Part shown: piece after piece, positions 13,231 to 25,403 of the stretch
Numbering within the stretch: position 1 is the first letter of the stretch
Layout of the letters: every line of letters starts with the position of its first letter
Source: Novakomyces olei
Lineage: Eukaryota
DNA: 64,000 bases
NCBI GenBank assembly: GCA_016906335.1
Contig: JADEYG010000004.1
Span: 1,116,001-1,180,000, forward strand
Direction of reading: 5' to 3'
Made by a program: the position numbers and the translations under genes
Notes under the pieces: generated by a model
Told to the model about the DNA's origin: nothing
The model's database searches: none
Seen by the model: only the letters and a program-made list of their open reading frames with translations

Positions 13231-14383
13231 ATGACGAGACCTCTACCGTCCTTTTTCTTGTACGTTCCACCGTCTGATTGCACGGTTTTTAACTTTGAAG
13301 GTCTCATGGCGGTCCCAACTTGATGGAGGTATGTTTTAAATACTGTGCGAAATGGAAAGAGGAAAAGAAGATTAAAAGAAATCTCCAATGGGAATTAACT
13401 TGTGATATAAAGATGAAAAATAAGGCTTTAAGATAAGTCAACAATACAATAGGGGCCATTCTTGGCATGGTGCTTACAACTTTAGGATTACGATCATCCT
13501 GCTTACAAGTATCTTCAAAAATTCGGTCCAGAATTTCTGAAACTTGAGCCGAAAGTTGTGATTGCCATATCCGCACACTGGCAATCGGATTCTCGTGATA
13601 AAGTATTCATCAACGGTGCGGAACATACTGATCTGATTTACGATTTTTATAACTTCCCCAAAAATTATTACGAGGCAGAGTATCCCAATAGAGGCAGCTC
13701 TGAATGGGCTCAGCGTATCGCCTCGAGTCTTGGAACTTCTGGAATCAATACAGAGGTGGTAAAACGTGGTCTGGATCACGGCGTATGGGTATGTTGAATC
13801 CTTAAGCTTTCTTTTTCTTGTTTGTTTGTTTTCTGTTTTTGAAGATTTGGAACAAATCTAAGTTACAATTACTAGAATAATGTGAACCAAAAACTAACAG
13901 GCTGTTCTTATTTTATAGGTACCGTTCAAAGTTGCTTTCCCAGCCACTAATCCAATCACTTGTCCAATAGTTCAAGTTTCGTTGTGTCGCTCGGAAAACC
14001 CTAAAGACCATTTTCGTGTTGGCGAGGCGCTTGCTCCGTTATTCAGTGAAGGAGCAGTCCTTGTAACTCTCGGAATGACAGTTCACAACCTTCGAGACTT
14101 TTTCCGCCCTTCACTGCCGATATCAGATCAAGGTTTTGTATATGCAAAGTCGTTTGACGATGCTCTGATTGATTCTACGGCGCATTATGCTGGGGAGGAA
14201 AGGTACCAGGCACTTGAGGCCCTTTTGAAAACACATTTGGCGCGTCAGGCGCATCCCACATTTGAGCATCTGATGCCTTTTTGCATTTCTGTGGGATCGT
14301 ACAAGAACGGAAGGGCGCAGGAGCTTTTTGGGTTGCAAGATAAGAGCTTGGGCTGGGGAATGTGGAAGTTTTCAGACGAATAA
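13231..14383 (+). CDS. LigB-family extradiol ring-cleavage (4,5-DOPA-type) dioxygenase (3 introns)
   Basis: Spliced SHGGP, ISAHW, YDFYNFP, RGLDHGVW-VP, VHNLRD and AHPTFEHLMP motifs. Confidence 0.88.
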
Positions 14384-14863
14384 TTTAGAAAGACTTTGGG
14401 GATAAGAAACAAATGATGTACAATGTTTTTAGTTGTATGAGCCATTCCGGAACACTTCAAGCTTATATCACCTTACGGAAGCGGCTTTAGCAGCCGTATG
14501 ATCTTAACTATTAAGCGGTATTTGAATAATGATAGTGGAAGACATGTTAATCAATTACGCATTAAAATTCGTGCAATTATCAGGTCACGAAAACTTTACT
14601 GTATATTTATTGAATCTGAGCATTAATTATTTAATTATTTACTTATTTAGGTAATTGTTTTATTAATTTGTCTATTTCTTATAGTATGAGTAATAAGTTT
14701 AGAGTGTTAGATTATGTCCATCGAGACAAAACAGATGAGAAAATCGCAATATTTGACAATTCTATTATTGCACCTTGTCTGCCGACATGAACAGAATATT
14801 AAAATAAAATTATAACAATAAAATGATGATGACCTAAAACAAAAAATTATAATTTATTATAGA

Positions 14864-16639
14864 ATGGGCCATGGGGAAGGACCGTCCGCAGGAGAGCTTT
14901 CTTATGGCCAGAAAGGCAGCAGCGATGATGTTATTATGGTCACTATGGGTAATTATGTGCTTCAAGCTTTACTTACTTCAAATTGTACTAATTCAAAAAG
15001 GAATGTTTATTCTCGACGAAATAGTTTACAATGACGGCAGTCGTGTGGATAACATTTCTGGCGGTGCGGGTTTGTGGGGTAATTTGATAATAGCATAATA
15101 AGTTACATCGTGGCTTTTGAATCACGAGTTTAGTCCAAATATTTGATACTAATTATCAAAGCATTATATGGAGCGCGGATGTTTTTACCTCCTCCAGTGC
15201 AATCGAAAAGGGCAGCAATGATAATAGATATGGGCTATGATTTCCCGCCTCAAACCTTACGACAATTGCAGCTGTTGGAAACCGGCTCTTTGTTACGGAC
15301 TGATACGAGTCGCGAGACTACACGGGGACTTAATTGGTACGAGAACGCGAATACAAGAGGTGAGTCAGAAGCTCAAAAAGCAAAATGAATTTAATTGAAC
15401 TAAAATTGAGAATGTTTACATAAAGACAAAGGAAAGACGTGTTAGAAGTATAAACGGCAGGTGCAATAGCAAAAAATTAAAAAAAAAAAATGGAGACTTA
15501 AAAAAGCGATGAACGGGAACAAACTCAGATTACAATAAATATAATCAGAACTGACTTTCAGGCTTTTCATACAAAAACCAAAAAAAACAGATCCACGCAC
15601 AAGATCTTGATAATAGGCTAATCTCGTCTGCGTCGTTTCACCTTATTTGCTCACCAGAAAGAGCGGTGAATACGGTAAATCAGATTGAAGCACGTCGTCA
15701 TGCTTTGGGCATTGCAAACAAAGCTTTTTATTTTTGGGAGCCTGTTCCAGGTAAGAGCTTTCCAAAGAATTTAATAAATTTCATTAATAATTGCAATCAG
15801 TTTAATTTGATTTTAGTCCATTTATCCATTAAAATATTTTGTCTTTCTATTTTGGTCTTTTTCATATTTTTTCAACTAGCTTTGGACACTATGGCGTATA
15901 ATACTTCTACGATACCAATTCTACTTTGGCTTTTTTAGATTTTAATGCTGACTGTTGCTAACCAAAAAACTAGGTATCTGTATTCCGGATTATAGGGATG
16001 AAATAATCAACGCTTGCAAGTACGTCGACGTCGTTTCTCCCAACGAAGAGGAGCTTTTTGATATTTTCTCTTATGATCGAAAAGAAATCTCTATTGATCA
16101 GATTACTGCTCTTGCGAAGCAGCTTGTTTCCAAAGGTGTTGGCTCAGGAAATACTGGAGTAGCCGTCGTCCGCTGTGGAGCTCGAGGCTCGGTTGCTATG
16201 GCTTCGTTCATAAAAAGTCCACTTTTAAGTCCACCTTTTCACACTTCAGCCGATAAAGTTGCTGATCCTACTGGTGAGCTATTCCTTTAAGTTTGCATTT
16301 TTGGTCTGTTTTTATGATATGCTGATTTTCTAACCAATATTCTGTATCCATCTCTATGTTTGTTCATAATTGTCATTGTTCTTTTTTCTCACTTGCTCAC
16401 AAATAGGGGCGGGCAACTCTTTCTGCGGAGCCTATTTGGTAGGAGCGTATCGTGCTACGGAAGGCTTTATCAAGCCCATGGACGAAGCTGCCGTCCGTCA
16501 GGCTTGTATGTACGGCCATGTCGGAGCATCGTTGGCAATCGAGCAACGTGATTTGCCTAGAGTCGAAAATACAGCAAAAGGCGAGCTATGGAACGGTTCT
16601 ACTATCCATGAAAGATTGATGGCGTCAAAGATAGAGTAG
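14864..16639 (+). CDS. PfkB/ribokinase-family kinase, Mak32-like (multi-exon)
   Basis: Spliced TMG-MFILDEI, GGAG, FWEPVP, DVVSPNEEE and DPTG-AGNSFCGA motifs. Confidence 0.85.
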
Positions 16640-16905
16640 TACGTTTGTATAATTAGATGGAGAAGTAATAATTAATCATATAAAAGATAAATAAAATAAT
16701 AAAATACTTATTTAAAAACGAAATGCTGGTCTTGATGTTTAATTACCAATTATGAATCCCACATCTATATACGGGTAAACAGATGCCGTGTGCATCCATT
16801 CTATTTCTCATAAACTGCTTCCTCTTGCTCATACGCCACAGACCGTCAACATAATTTCTCCTGAGACATTATCGGTCTTTCTTTGGCATTTTTCTAGAAT
16901 TATAT

Positions 16906-17472
16906 TTATGAATACTTTCCGGCGAGGATGCGCCTGGCCGTAGCTAGAGCCAACCTATCCGTAGTTTCCAAATCGCCCTCTACGGAAACGGTTTCATTGT
17001 GAACTCCCCTTTCATCAAGTGACGGTTCTTCCAACGAATCCAATTGAGATGACACCATTGACTCCTTCATGAAATGGCCAGACCGGTGAGCCATGTGTGA
17101 CAAAAGAGTCTCGCGCGAGCCTTTGAGGTAGAGAAAAACAACAGGGTTCTCCGGTGATGTAGCAGCACCCATGCTTGGAATAGGCTCACTCAGCAGTTTC
17201 CTGTATGAGCGTTTTAGTGCAGAGCACGTGACAATCACACCTTTACATCCAGGCTGGTCTGCTATTTCACTGCTTTTAGCTCGAATCGATTTTAACCAGC
17301 CCCAGCGGTCTTCGTCCTGGAGCGGGATTCCTGCCGACATTTTGTCCACATTTGCTTTTGGATGAAGCTGATCTCCCTCAATAAAAGGCAAATTTAATTG
17401 GTTTGCAAGGTACTCGGCCACAGAAGTTTTGCCTGAGCCGCAAGGGCCACACACGACAATGATGGGTGGCAT
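16906..17472 (-). CDS. thermoresistant-type gluconokinase
   Basis: GPCGSGKTS P-loop, EGDQLHPKANVDKM, PLQDEDRWGWL, CSALKRSYR, HFMKESMVSSQLDSLEEP. Confidence 0.93.
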   Translation of the reverse strand: MPPIIVVCGPCGSGKTSVAEYLANQLNLPFIEGDQLHPKANVDKMSAGIPLQDEDRWGWLKSIRAKSSEIADQPGCKGVIVTCSALKRSYRKLLSEPIPSMGAATSPENPVVFLYLKGSRETLLSHMAHRSGHFMKESMVSSQLDSLEEPSLDERGVHNETVSVEGDLETTDRLALATARRILAGKYS

Positions 17473-17629
17473 TTTGGGACGGGATGCCTTCCCCAGATGT
17501 TTTATATCCCGCGGTGGGATGGATGCCGTTACGTATTTTTTCAAGTAACGTGCAGCATTAGTGTCGCTTATGTATACGGCAACACTGCTTGTATACTCTA
17601 TTTACTTGTGTATAAGTGAAGTGCTAGGA

Positions 17630-17659
17630 TTAGGGTTAGTTAGGGTTAGTTAGGGTTAG
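17630..17659 (+). promoter_or_regulatory. (TTAGGGTTAG)3 telomere-like box in a divergent promoter
   Basis: Three 10-bp units between the gluconokinase and DUF1748 start codons. Similar boxes recur in other promoters. Confidence 0.6.
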
Positions 17660-17890
17660 AAGCTATTACCTTTACCCTCTCATGACTATATACAGTGCGC
17701 CCTTGTTAAAGTACTCATGCGCTTATCGGTAATAGTAATACAAGAATTAGTAGAATCTATACATACAAATTCCGCTGCGTAACCTTACTGTCAAATGACT
17801 TGTGATCGGGAGCGTCACGAGGCAACTTGCGCAGTCCTGATACACACTACGCGCAGTTTCTCGAGCTTCAAGCGCCGCTACACAAAAATT

Positions 17891-18165
17891 ATGGCTTTTT
17901 TTGGAAGGCTCACACACTATGCAGTCGATGCATGCCTCGTATCTGCCGTTTTAGCGGGAATCAGACGGTCTACGGGCTATACGTGCGTCTTTTGTGTACG
18001 GGTTAACGGGTGATCCGCTAATATGAAAACAGGTTTAAAACCGACAGTATTGAGCAGAAAGATTTTCGTCGGTTCTTTGTCCAGTACTTGTCCATTGGCG
18101 AATGGATCATGAATAAGAGCTCTCTGTATATTGAGGAAAGCGAGTGGTTTGAGAAGAAGCGCTAA
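17891..18165 (+). CDS. small conserved fungal protein, DUF1748-like (intron 17983-18031)
   Basis: Spliced frame MAFFGRLTHYAVDACLVSAVLAGIRRSTGYT-FKTDSIEQKDFRRFFVQYLSIGEWIMNKS..EKKR*. Confidence 0.8.
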
Positions 18166-18855
18166 GCAATACACTCTGCCGTCGGCAGTATCACTCCTGA
18201 ATGCTCTTCAATACCTTAGTCCACGTGTTTCTCCACTCGAATGATTTGTGCCGCATCGTTTTGAGGTTATTGGGATAATTTGGCTGTTTATGGTTATTTC
18301 GTTTACGTGATTGTTTGGTTTGCTCTTTTGCTCTTTGTTTTGCTTTTCATTTTGTGTTTTCTATATCGTCCTCTGTCGGTGCCAGTTTGTTCAGTCTCGG
18401 TGAATATATTGTGTTTATCCAATACTGTCGCAGACCCTTTTCTGTGACATCTCGCGATACTGTGTACGCTTCTATATCAATAAAGATAATTACATTGGCG
18501 TTTGCCATCATATCATTTGCAGCCCTTTCTCTACACAAAGATCAGCTCTGCTGATGACCTCCGTACTCTGCTTTACCATTAAGCCCATTTCATTAAGCCC
18601 TTACTTGATCCTTGCGAGTCCTTTGACTCGGCTTACATCGCTTTCACAATCGTTTACAAAATATTGATCAAAGCATCCACGGACCAAAGACTTGTATACT
18701 CTTTCCATAATTTCTAGATACACGAACAAAAATAAAAAGTTTGTTCCTTAATGACACTTTTTATATACATAAAAAATCACTATTCTTTTCCCAGTCCCCC
18801 TCCTTGCTCGACTCGAGCATCCTTGGTTTACGATAAAAAAAAATGTATCCTAGAG

Positions 18856-20355
18856 TCAAGGGGCGGCCACATTAAACACCCATTTTCTACAGTTACTTGA
18901 TCCGCATCGACATTCATGCAGCCGCGCACTCCCGGCTTTGGCCCCGTGAGAATGCGAACCGGCATTTTCATTATGCTGCTGATCTTGTTGCCATCCACTG
19001 TAATCAAAACAGAGCTCTTCGAACGCTGGAATATCTCGCATTGCAAAAAGAGCCAGAGTGTAGAACCGTGTCTGTGATCTATCATGCACAACGGAATAAA
19101 TAGCCATGTTGGGGTCACACGAATGGTTGAAGAACCGTGATACACTCCCATAATGACGCGCATCGATAGTATAAAAGCCCTTGCCTTCGTCCAGCATATC
19201 TAGATCAAACAAGTAGGTCGCCTTCTCCCTTGCAAACATGACTTCGCGCCTGGAAGCCTCAGAGGGGGTTATTATCTCACCCAAGTAAGAGGCAACAAAC
19301 TGGCCCCGGCTTATCGATCTAAGACAACGCAGTCCCCAGCCCTTGTACTTTGTTTTAAATAGCTGGAAGGGCAATTGGGCCCCGCGCTGAACGACCCTAT
19401 TTCCACAGCGAATGGAGCAGCCACAATGGCTATTGCACTCATATATAATTTGGCCGGGACCCCATTTGACTCTCCCATCGGGGCTATAGGCAAACTCGGG
19501 TCTCAGCATATCGTCCAGGCACTGACAGCCCTTGGGACTTGTCAGGTCACAGACAACGCCGGTAGATGCTTTAAGTGCATTTGACAGAAAAGGCTCTTCT
19601 TCACCATCATGATGATCACAGGAACAACCCGACATAAAAGCCTTGTTGCCCTCGTCCACGTTTACTCCAAATTTGTTGCTGTGAATGAGCTGGAAAGTCA
19701 TTTCTGGACAAACTTCATCGTCTATTTCATTCACAATCTGAACTTCCGGCCCGGGGATTGAATCAAGTGCAGATTCAAACTTGGCCAGCTTCATAGATCG
19801 CGGCATTCGCCTCCACAGCTTTCGCAAAACTCCATACTGCTTAACTGGATCAAGTGTACTGAACCGAGCCATATAATCCAGATCTGTGGCATTCACATGC
19901 TGCTCCTGCAGCTCTGGCTGGTCTAGCCAATTAGCAAAATCTTCAGAGACCCGGAGATATTCGAAATCGAGCCGCCGTTTCGCCCTCGGTTTGGGTGTAG
20001 CGGATGAAGCCTTTATTAGTGTTAATGTTGATTCCTGTTTTACGGCGGACAGAGGTGCTCTCGCGTTGGAGACAAAACTCTCTATCGAAGATTCGCGGCT
20101 GATTTTGGCAGTGGTCCTTCTTTTTTGGGCCGTCCATCGCTGTAACACAGCAGGGCAGTTGTTGAGATTTTGCAGAGGCTCCCAAGTGTCTGTATCGGGG
20201 GAAAACCCGACCCAACGAACTCGGTAGACCCGAGTTCCGCCAGCGTTTGTCCTTTCGTCTACAATCTTTTCTACCTCATAAGATTCCTCCAACTTTCGCT
20301 CACTCGTTCTTTTCCTGAGACTGATTTTCCTGCTCAGTTTCACGTCACGAGCCAT
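18856..20355 (-). CDS. clr4: histone H3K9 methyltransferase Clr4/SUV39H (chromo, pre-SET, SET, post-SET)
   Basis: Chromodomain YEVEKIVDER..YRVRWVGF..DTWEPLQNL, Cys-rich pre-SET, KGWGLR, RFFNHSCDPN, EELCFDY and post-SET CRCGSSNCRK. Confidence 0.93.
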   Translation of the reverse strand: MARDVKLSRKISLRKRTSERKLEESYEVEKIVDERTNAGGTRVYRVRWVGFSPDTDTWEPLQNLNNCPAVLQRWTAQKRRTTAKISRESSIESFVSNARAPLSAVKQESTLTLIKASSATPKPRAKRRLDFEYLRVSEDFANWLDQPELQEQHVNATDLDYMARFSTLDPVKQYGVLRKLWRRMPRSMKLAKFESALDSIPGPEVQIVNEIDDEVCPEMTFQLIHSNKFGVNVDEGNKAFMSGCSCDHHDGEEEPFLSNALKASTGVVCDLTSPKGCQCLDDMLRPEFAYSPDGRVKWGPGQIIYECNSHCGCSIRCGNRVVQRGAQLPFQLFKTKYKGWGLRCLRSISRGQFVASYLGEIITPSEASRREVMFAREKATYLFDLDMLDEGKGFYTIDARHYGSVSRFFNHSCDPNMAIYSVVHDRSQTRFYTLALFAMRDIPAFEELCFDYSGWQQDQQHNENAGSHSHGAKAGSARLHECRCGSSNCRKWVFNVAAP

Positions 20356-20453
20356 GAGTAGCAAGGCCGTCTACGCGATACCTCCCTCACATGTGCAATA
20401 CGACGCGATACGGTTTGCAAGCCATTAGAAAGTCATATGAAACGCGAGATCGC

Positions 20454-20510
<57 letters not shown>
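20454..20510. repeat. (TAA)n microsatellite
   Basis: Directly visible. Confidence 0.97.
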
Positions 20511-20682
20511 GTTTACCCTCATATTAAATGCTATAAGAAGGGCCCTACATCTGCGCTACGTTTACGCCTAAACTTGGAAATACAACACGATACGCGCCTA
20601 AACCTTTGTCACCAAATATATTACACAAGAGCTCTCAAACCCGTACGGAAAATAAAAATAAACTGTAGATGTGCCGCCCCAC

Positions 20683-21803
20683 TCAAAGACCGACCACCAT
20701 AGCCTGCAGAATACTGGACTCTGTCCATCCCTGTTCCCGTAGCCCCTTAACGTCCGAGAGCAGTCGGCCTAGGAGGATGAGTCTTATACGTGTTGTCATC
20801 TCCATGTCTTTGCAGGCGGCAGCAATTTTGGTTTTTATTCGCCAGCACGGCTCAGTCGCACCGGCGTTTAATAGAATATCGCCTCCCGTGCTTGAAAGGC
20901 GTACCCTGACTTGCACTATATCTGCTGCTAATTCTCCAGCAGTCGCAGCACCGTCCATTTCCGACTCGTATTCGTCAAGGGTATGCTTTAAATCGAGCTC
21001 ATCGACGGCCTCTTCTTCCGCCAGAGGGTTGAGTTGGTAAGCCAAGCAATACTCTGGGATTACGTATCGTACACCCCGTTCATCGTAGCAGCCATCGCTC
21101 AAGTCACCTTTTAATAAGTACAATATTACAAAATAATACAACGGGACAATATAGAAGGCAAACAGAAAAATTGATATGAAAAATAAAATGCGGGGAAACA
21201 GAACCAGAAAAATAATAAAATAAAATCCATACCTGTCGGAATCTGTAGCCCAGCCGAGTCGACCAAAGCCTGAGCCGTCTTCAAGTCGCCTGACAGTATA
21301 TACTCCACGGCACACTGAAGCACGCACCAGACTTCAGTGTTGCCAGAATAAGCAGCTGCTGTCTCCCAAAACTCGGCTCGTTTCCGTAATTGCTCGCTCA
21401 CTGTAGTTGGGTATTTTGCCATGTACTCGGCATGAACTTTGAGAGGTTTGTTGCCTAAATGTAAGACAAGAATCAAGAGTTTTAGACAAACGAAAAAAAA
21501 AAAAAAAAAAAAAAAAAAACAAATAAAAGCACCGGTTTTCTTTCACGTCTAATTCTTTGCTCTGTATTATTTTGTAGCAATCTTACCACTACGGATAAGT
21601 GCCCGCATTTGCCGCCGGGTCTCAAGGCTTATCCGCGGAGGTCGCGGAACATTTCCCGCCGTAGACAAATGCGTCCTCTCCGCAGATGCGGAAGAACTGC
21701 CGTTATTCCTTCGCAAAAATCTCTGTGCTACATTACTGTGGCTCCCCTCCTCAACCGCCGTGGTTTCCTCGTCGCTGTACGACTTTGATCCACACAGGCC
21801 CAT
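20683..21803 (-). CDS. ubiquitin-domain-containing protein (UBTD/DC-UbP family), N-terminal MGxC lipidation motif, multi-exon
   Basis: MGLCGSK start, LRKRAEFWETA..GNTEVW, GDLSDGCYDERGVRYVIPEYC, and a C-terminal ubiquitin-like RLILLGRLL. Confidence 0.85.
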
Positions 21804-23089
21804 CTCTACTCTCTGTCTTCACAATATCCCGCGCGTACTATGCGTAAATAGAGAGCGAGAGCGCCGTTTACGCGCCGCCTAAATGAGAATCGACGCTTCC
21901 TTTAGGCGCGTAAAAGGCAGCAAGTGCAATTTCCACCGTACCAGGCTTTCGCGGCCGGTTTCCAGCGTGATGGATGGGATAGATAAATTAAGTAAAAATA
22001 AATACGGTCTATTAATTATAATTAATAATAATAAGTATAATAAATATAATAATTAATAATAAATACAATATACAGTGGGAGGTTTGAGCTGATAGCGTAC
22101 GGGATCGCAAGTAACATAAGCCAATCAGTTAATATGAGTTAATATGTGAATAGTGTCGTGCAGGCAGCTAAATTAAATTATATATTCATTTGTCTCTTGT
22201 ACATAATAAATAATATAGGACAGATAGCCATTAGGTGAATGTCAGTGGCATCCGAGATAGCGTGCTACAATCGCTGCCGGTGAAGTTTGAGCGCAGATTC
22301 GATACCGGCAAAAGTACTGTAAAGCTTGTACTGTATTTTATGTATAGTATCGGCAAGAGTTTCCGAGGAGAGGAGAAAGCTTGGCGGGCCGCCGGCGATC
22401 ATAATTATAGTATTCAGCACAACTTTTAATATGCCAAATTTGTAAACCTATTTCGTCCCGACAGAATGCACATTAGAATACACTTTTATACTTTTACAGT
22501 GACAATGCATTGACAGTGACAATACTTTTACAGTGACAACACTTTTACAACGGCAATATCGTTGACAGTGGCAATGTCGTTGTCGTTACTGCGTCTTGAG
22601 TAGGCAACTGGCCTGTAGGTTTGCTGGAAAACTATAATAGCGCATTTAATTTAGACAGTTTATTCATTTAACTTGGACAGTTTATTTATTACCCATAAAC
22701 ATGCAACGCGGCCGGCGTATTAAGCAAGGATAGACGCACGACTACTCAATCTCCACTGTGCAAGACGAAACTGCGCAGCAGCCTCTTTTCGCACTGCTAA
22801 TATAGTCTGTTAATCTAGTCCATTAATCTAGTCTGTCAATCTGATCAATGTTTTATCAAATCAAATCAAATCTAATCTAATCTAATCTAATCAATCTGCC
22901 ACAGGATACAACAATAATAACACTAATATACACACAAACGGACGAACCGGCGCTGCCAATACCAGCAGCACTATATAAGTAATCTTACCGGCAGCACTAC
23001 TTGTGCAGTGAAGACTGCAGGAGCAGTAAGTAACTGGCAAAAGCAAGGAACAGTAAACCCGAACAACCCGGACAACCCGAGACATCCTT

Positions 23090-23262
23090 CATCCATTGAT
23101 CATCCATTGACAATTGGCAATTGATCATTGACAATTGATCATTGACAATTGATCATTGACAGTTGATCATTGACAGTTGATCATTGACAGTAAACAATTG
23201 ACATTAATCATTAACAATTGACATTGACATTGATCATTGATCATTGACAATTAACAATTGAT
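23090..23262. repeat. degenerate 14-bp minisatellite (TTGATCATTGACAR)n upstream of fumarase
   Basis: Directly visible tandem units. Confidence 0.9.
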
Positions 23263-23299
23263 TATCGCTATCGTACAGTACGAGTCGCGGCAGAGTAAT

Positions 23300-24814
23300 A
23301 TGATTAGAGCGTCGCGTACGCTCCGCTACAACAGCCTCAACAGCCTGCGCACAGTCTCCACAGCGAGGCAGCTTACATTTGTCCGTCACTTTTCCGCTAC
23401 AAATTTGGCAATGGCTCACGAAGGAGCCAAGCGCACAGAGACAGACTCCTTTGGTGCGGTGCAAGTGCCTGCGGACCATTACTGGGGAGCGCAGACAGAG
23501 CGGTCGATCCACAATTTCGATATCGGCGGCCCTGCGGAACGGATCCCGATCCCGATGGTCCGTGCGATAGCGTACGTTAAAAAAGCGGCCGCTATAGTGA
23601 ACGAAGGCTTCGGGTTGGATCCCGAGATAGCGGGTGCTATCCGACAGGCGGCGGACGAGGTAATTGCCGGCCGACTGGACGACAATTTCCCGCTCGTCAC
23701 GTTCCAGACAGGCTCCGGCACACAGTTCAACATGTCGGCAAACGAAGTGATCTCGAACCGGGCGATCGAGATTTTGGGCGGCCAAATGGGCACAAAGACG
23801 CCAGTGCACCCAAACGACCACGTAAACATGTCGCAGTCGAGCAACGATACCTTCCCGACGGCAATGCACGTGGCGGCTGTCTGTGAAATTAATGGGCACC
23901 TTTTACCCTCTCTCGAACTGCTGCACACAGCACTGGCGGACAAGGCAGAGGCCTTCAAGTCCATCGTCAAGATTGGCCGTACGCACTTGCAGGACGCTAC
24001 ACCCCTGACTTTGGGCAACGAGTTTTCCGGGTACGCAAAGCAGGTGGAGAACGGCATTTGCAGGGCACGTGAGGCGCTGCCCCGGCTGAGCCTACTCGCT
24101 CAGGGCGGAACTGCCGTCGGGACAGGGCTCAATACCCGCCTCGGCTTTGCCGAGGCAGTTGCTGCGAAAGTGTCAGAGCTGACGGGCCACTCTTTCCACA
24201 CTGCCCCAAACAAGTTTGAGGCATTGGCCGCTCATGACGCAATCGTCGAGGCCAGTGGAGCCCTCAATACGATCGCCTGTTCGCTCATGAAGATCGCTAA
24301 CGATATCCGCTACCTCGGCTCAGGGCCCCGGTGCGGGTTAGGCGAGCTGTCGCTGCCGGAGAACGAGCCGGGGAGCAGTATTATGCCGGGCAAAGTCAAC
24401 CCGACACAGTGTGAAGCCCTCACTATGGTGGCCGCTCAAGTAATGGGGAACCATACGGCAATTACCGTTGCCGGATCAATGGGCCAGTTTGAGCTGAACG
24501 TGTTTAAGCCGCTGCTTATCGCCAACCTCCTCCGCTCTATCCGCCTTATTGCCGACAGCAGTGTCAGCTTCACGAACCACTGCGTCATTGGCATTAGGGC
24601 AAACGAGGATAAAATACGCAAAACTTTGAACGAGAGCCTTATGCTCGTTACTGCCCTTAACCCGCATATCGGGTACGATAATGCCGCCAAGATTGCCAAG
24701 CATGCTCACAAGCATGGCACTACGCTCAGGGAGGCTGCTCTTGATCTCCACCTGCTCACGGCCGAGCAGTTTGACCAGTGGGTCGACCCTTACAAGATGC
24801 TCGGGCCAAAGTAG
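23300..24814 (+). CDS. FUM1: class II fumarate hydratase with mitochondrial presequence
   Basis: [15 protein letters not shown] signature, [12 protein letters not shown], and an Arg/Ser-rich N-terminus MIRASRTLR. Confidence 0.97.
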   Translation: MIRASRTLRYNSLNSLRTVSTARQLTFVRHFSATNLAMAHEGAKRTETDSFGAVQVPADHYWGAQTERSIHNFDIGGPAERIPIPMVRAIAYVKKAAAIVNEGFGLDPEIAGAIRQAADEVIAGRLDDNFPLVTFQTGSGTQFNMSANEVISNRAIEILGGQMGTKTPVHPNDHVNMSQSSNDTFPTAMHVAAVCEINGHLLPSLELLHTALADKAEAFKSIVKIGRTHLQDATPLTLGNEFSGYAKQVENGICRAREALPRLSLLAQGGTAVGTGLNTRLGFAEAVAAKVSELTGHSFHTAPNKFEALAAHDAIVEASGALNTIACSLMKIANDIRYLGSGPRCGLGELSLPENEPGSSIMPGKVNPTQCEALTMVAAQVMGNHTAITVAGSMGQFELNVFKPLLIANLLRSIRLIADSSVSFTNHCVIGIRANEDKIRKTLNESLMLVTALNPHIGYDNAAKIAKHAHKHGTTLREAALDLHLLTAEQFDQWVDPYKMLGPK

Positions 24815-24996
24815 GTCAGCCTCTGTGAGCCCCTGTGAGGCTGGGCAAAGTGGGTTAGCCTACAAAACGTGGGTTAGCCTCTGTGAGGTTGGGCTATAGC
24901 TGTAATAGATGCTACGGTAATACACTTGGATAACTGCCAGGTTCAAATGTTCATCTTCATCGATAAACGTACGCGTACACAAAGGGACTACCACAT

Positions 24997-25071
24997 TACA
25001 AGCCTTGCACCTTACAAGCCTTGCACCTTACAAGCCTTGCACCTTACAAGCCTTGCACCTTACAAGCCTTG
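24997..25071. repeat. 16-bp tandem repeat (TACAAGCCTTGCACCT), ~4.5 copies
   Basis: Directly visible. Confidence 0.95.
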
Positions 25072-25403
25072 ACCACAACACCAGGTAAATAAATTCATTG
25101 TAGATTCGAATAACCGAGGCCAGGACAGTAAGAAATAAATAGTAAATAATAAATAATAACAATGAATAATAATAATAAATAATAAATAATAACAATGAAT
25201 AATATATAATAAATAATAAATAATAAATAATAATTAATAAATAATATCTAAAATAATAAACAATAAACAATAAACAATAAACAATAAACAATAAATAATA
25301 AAAAATAAATAATAAACAATAAATAATAAATAATAAATAATAAACAATAACTAACAACTAATAAACAATAAATAAAATGCCATTCTATGCAAATTAAAGT
25401 CCA

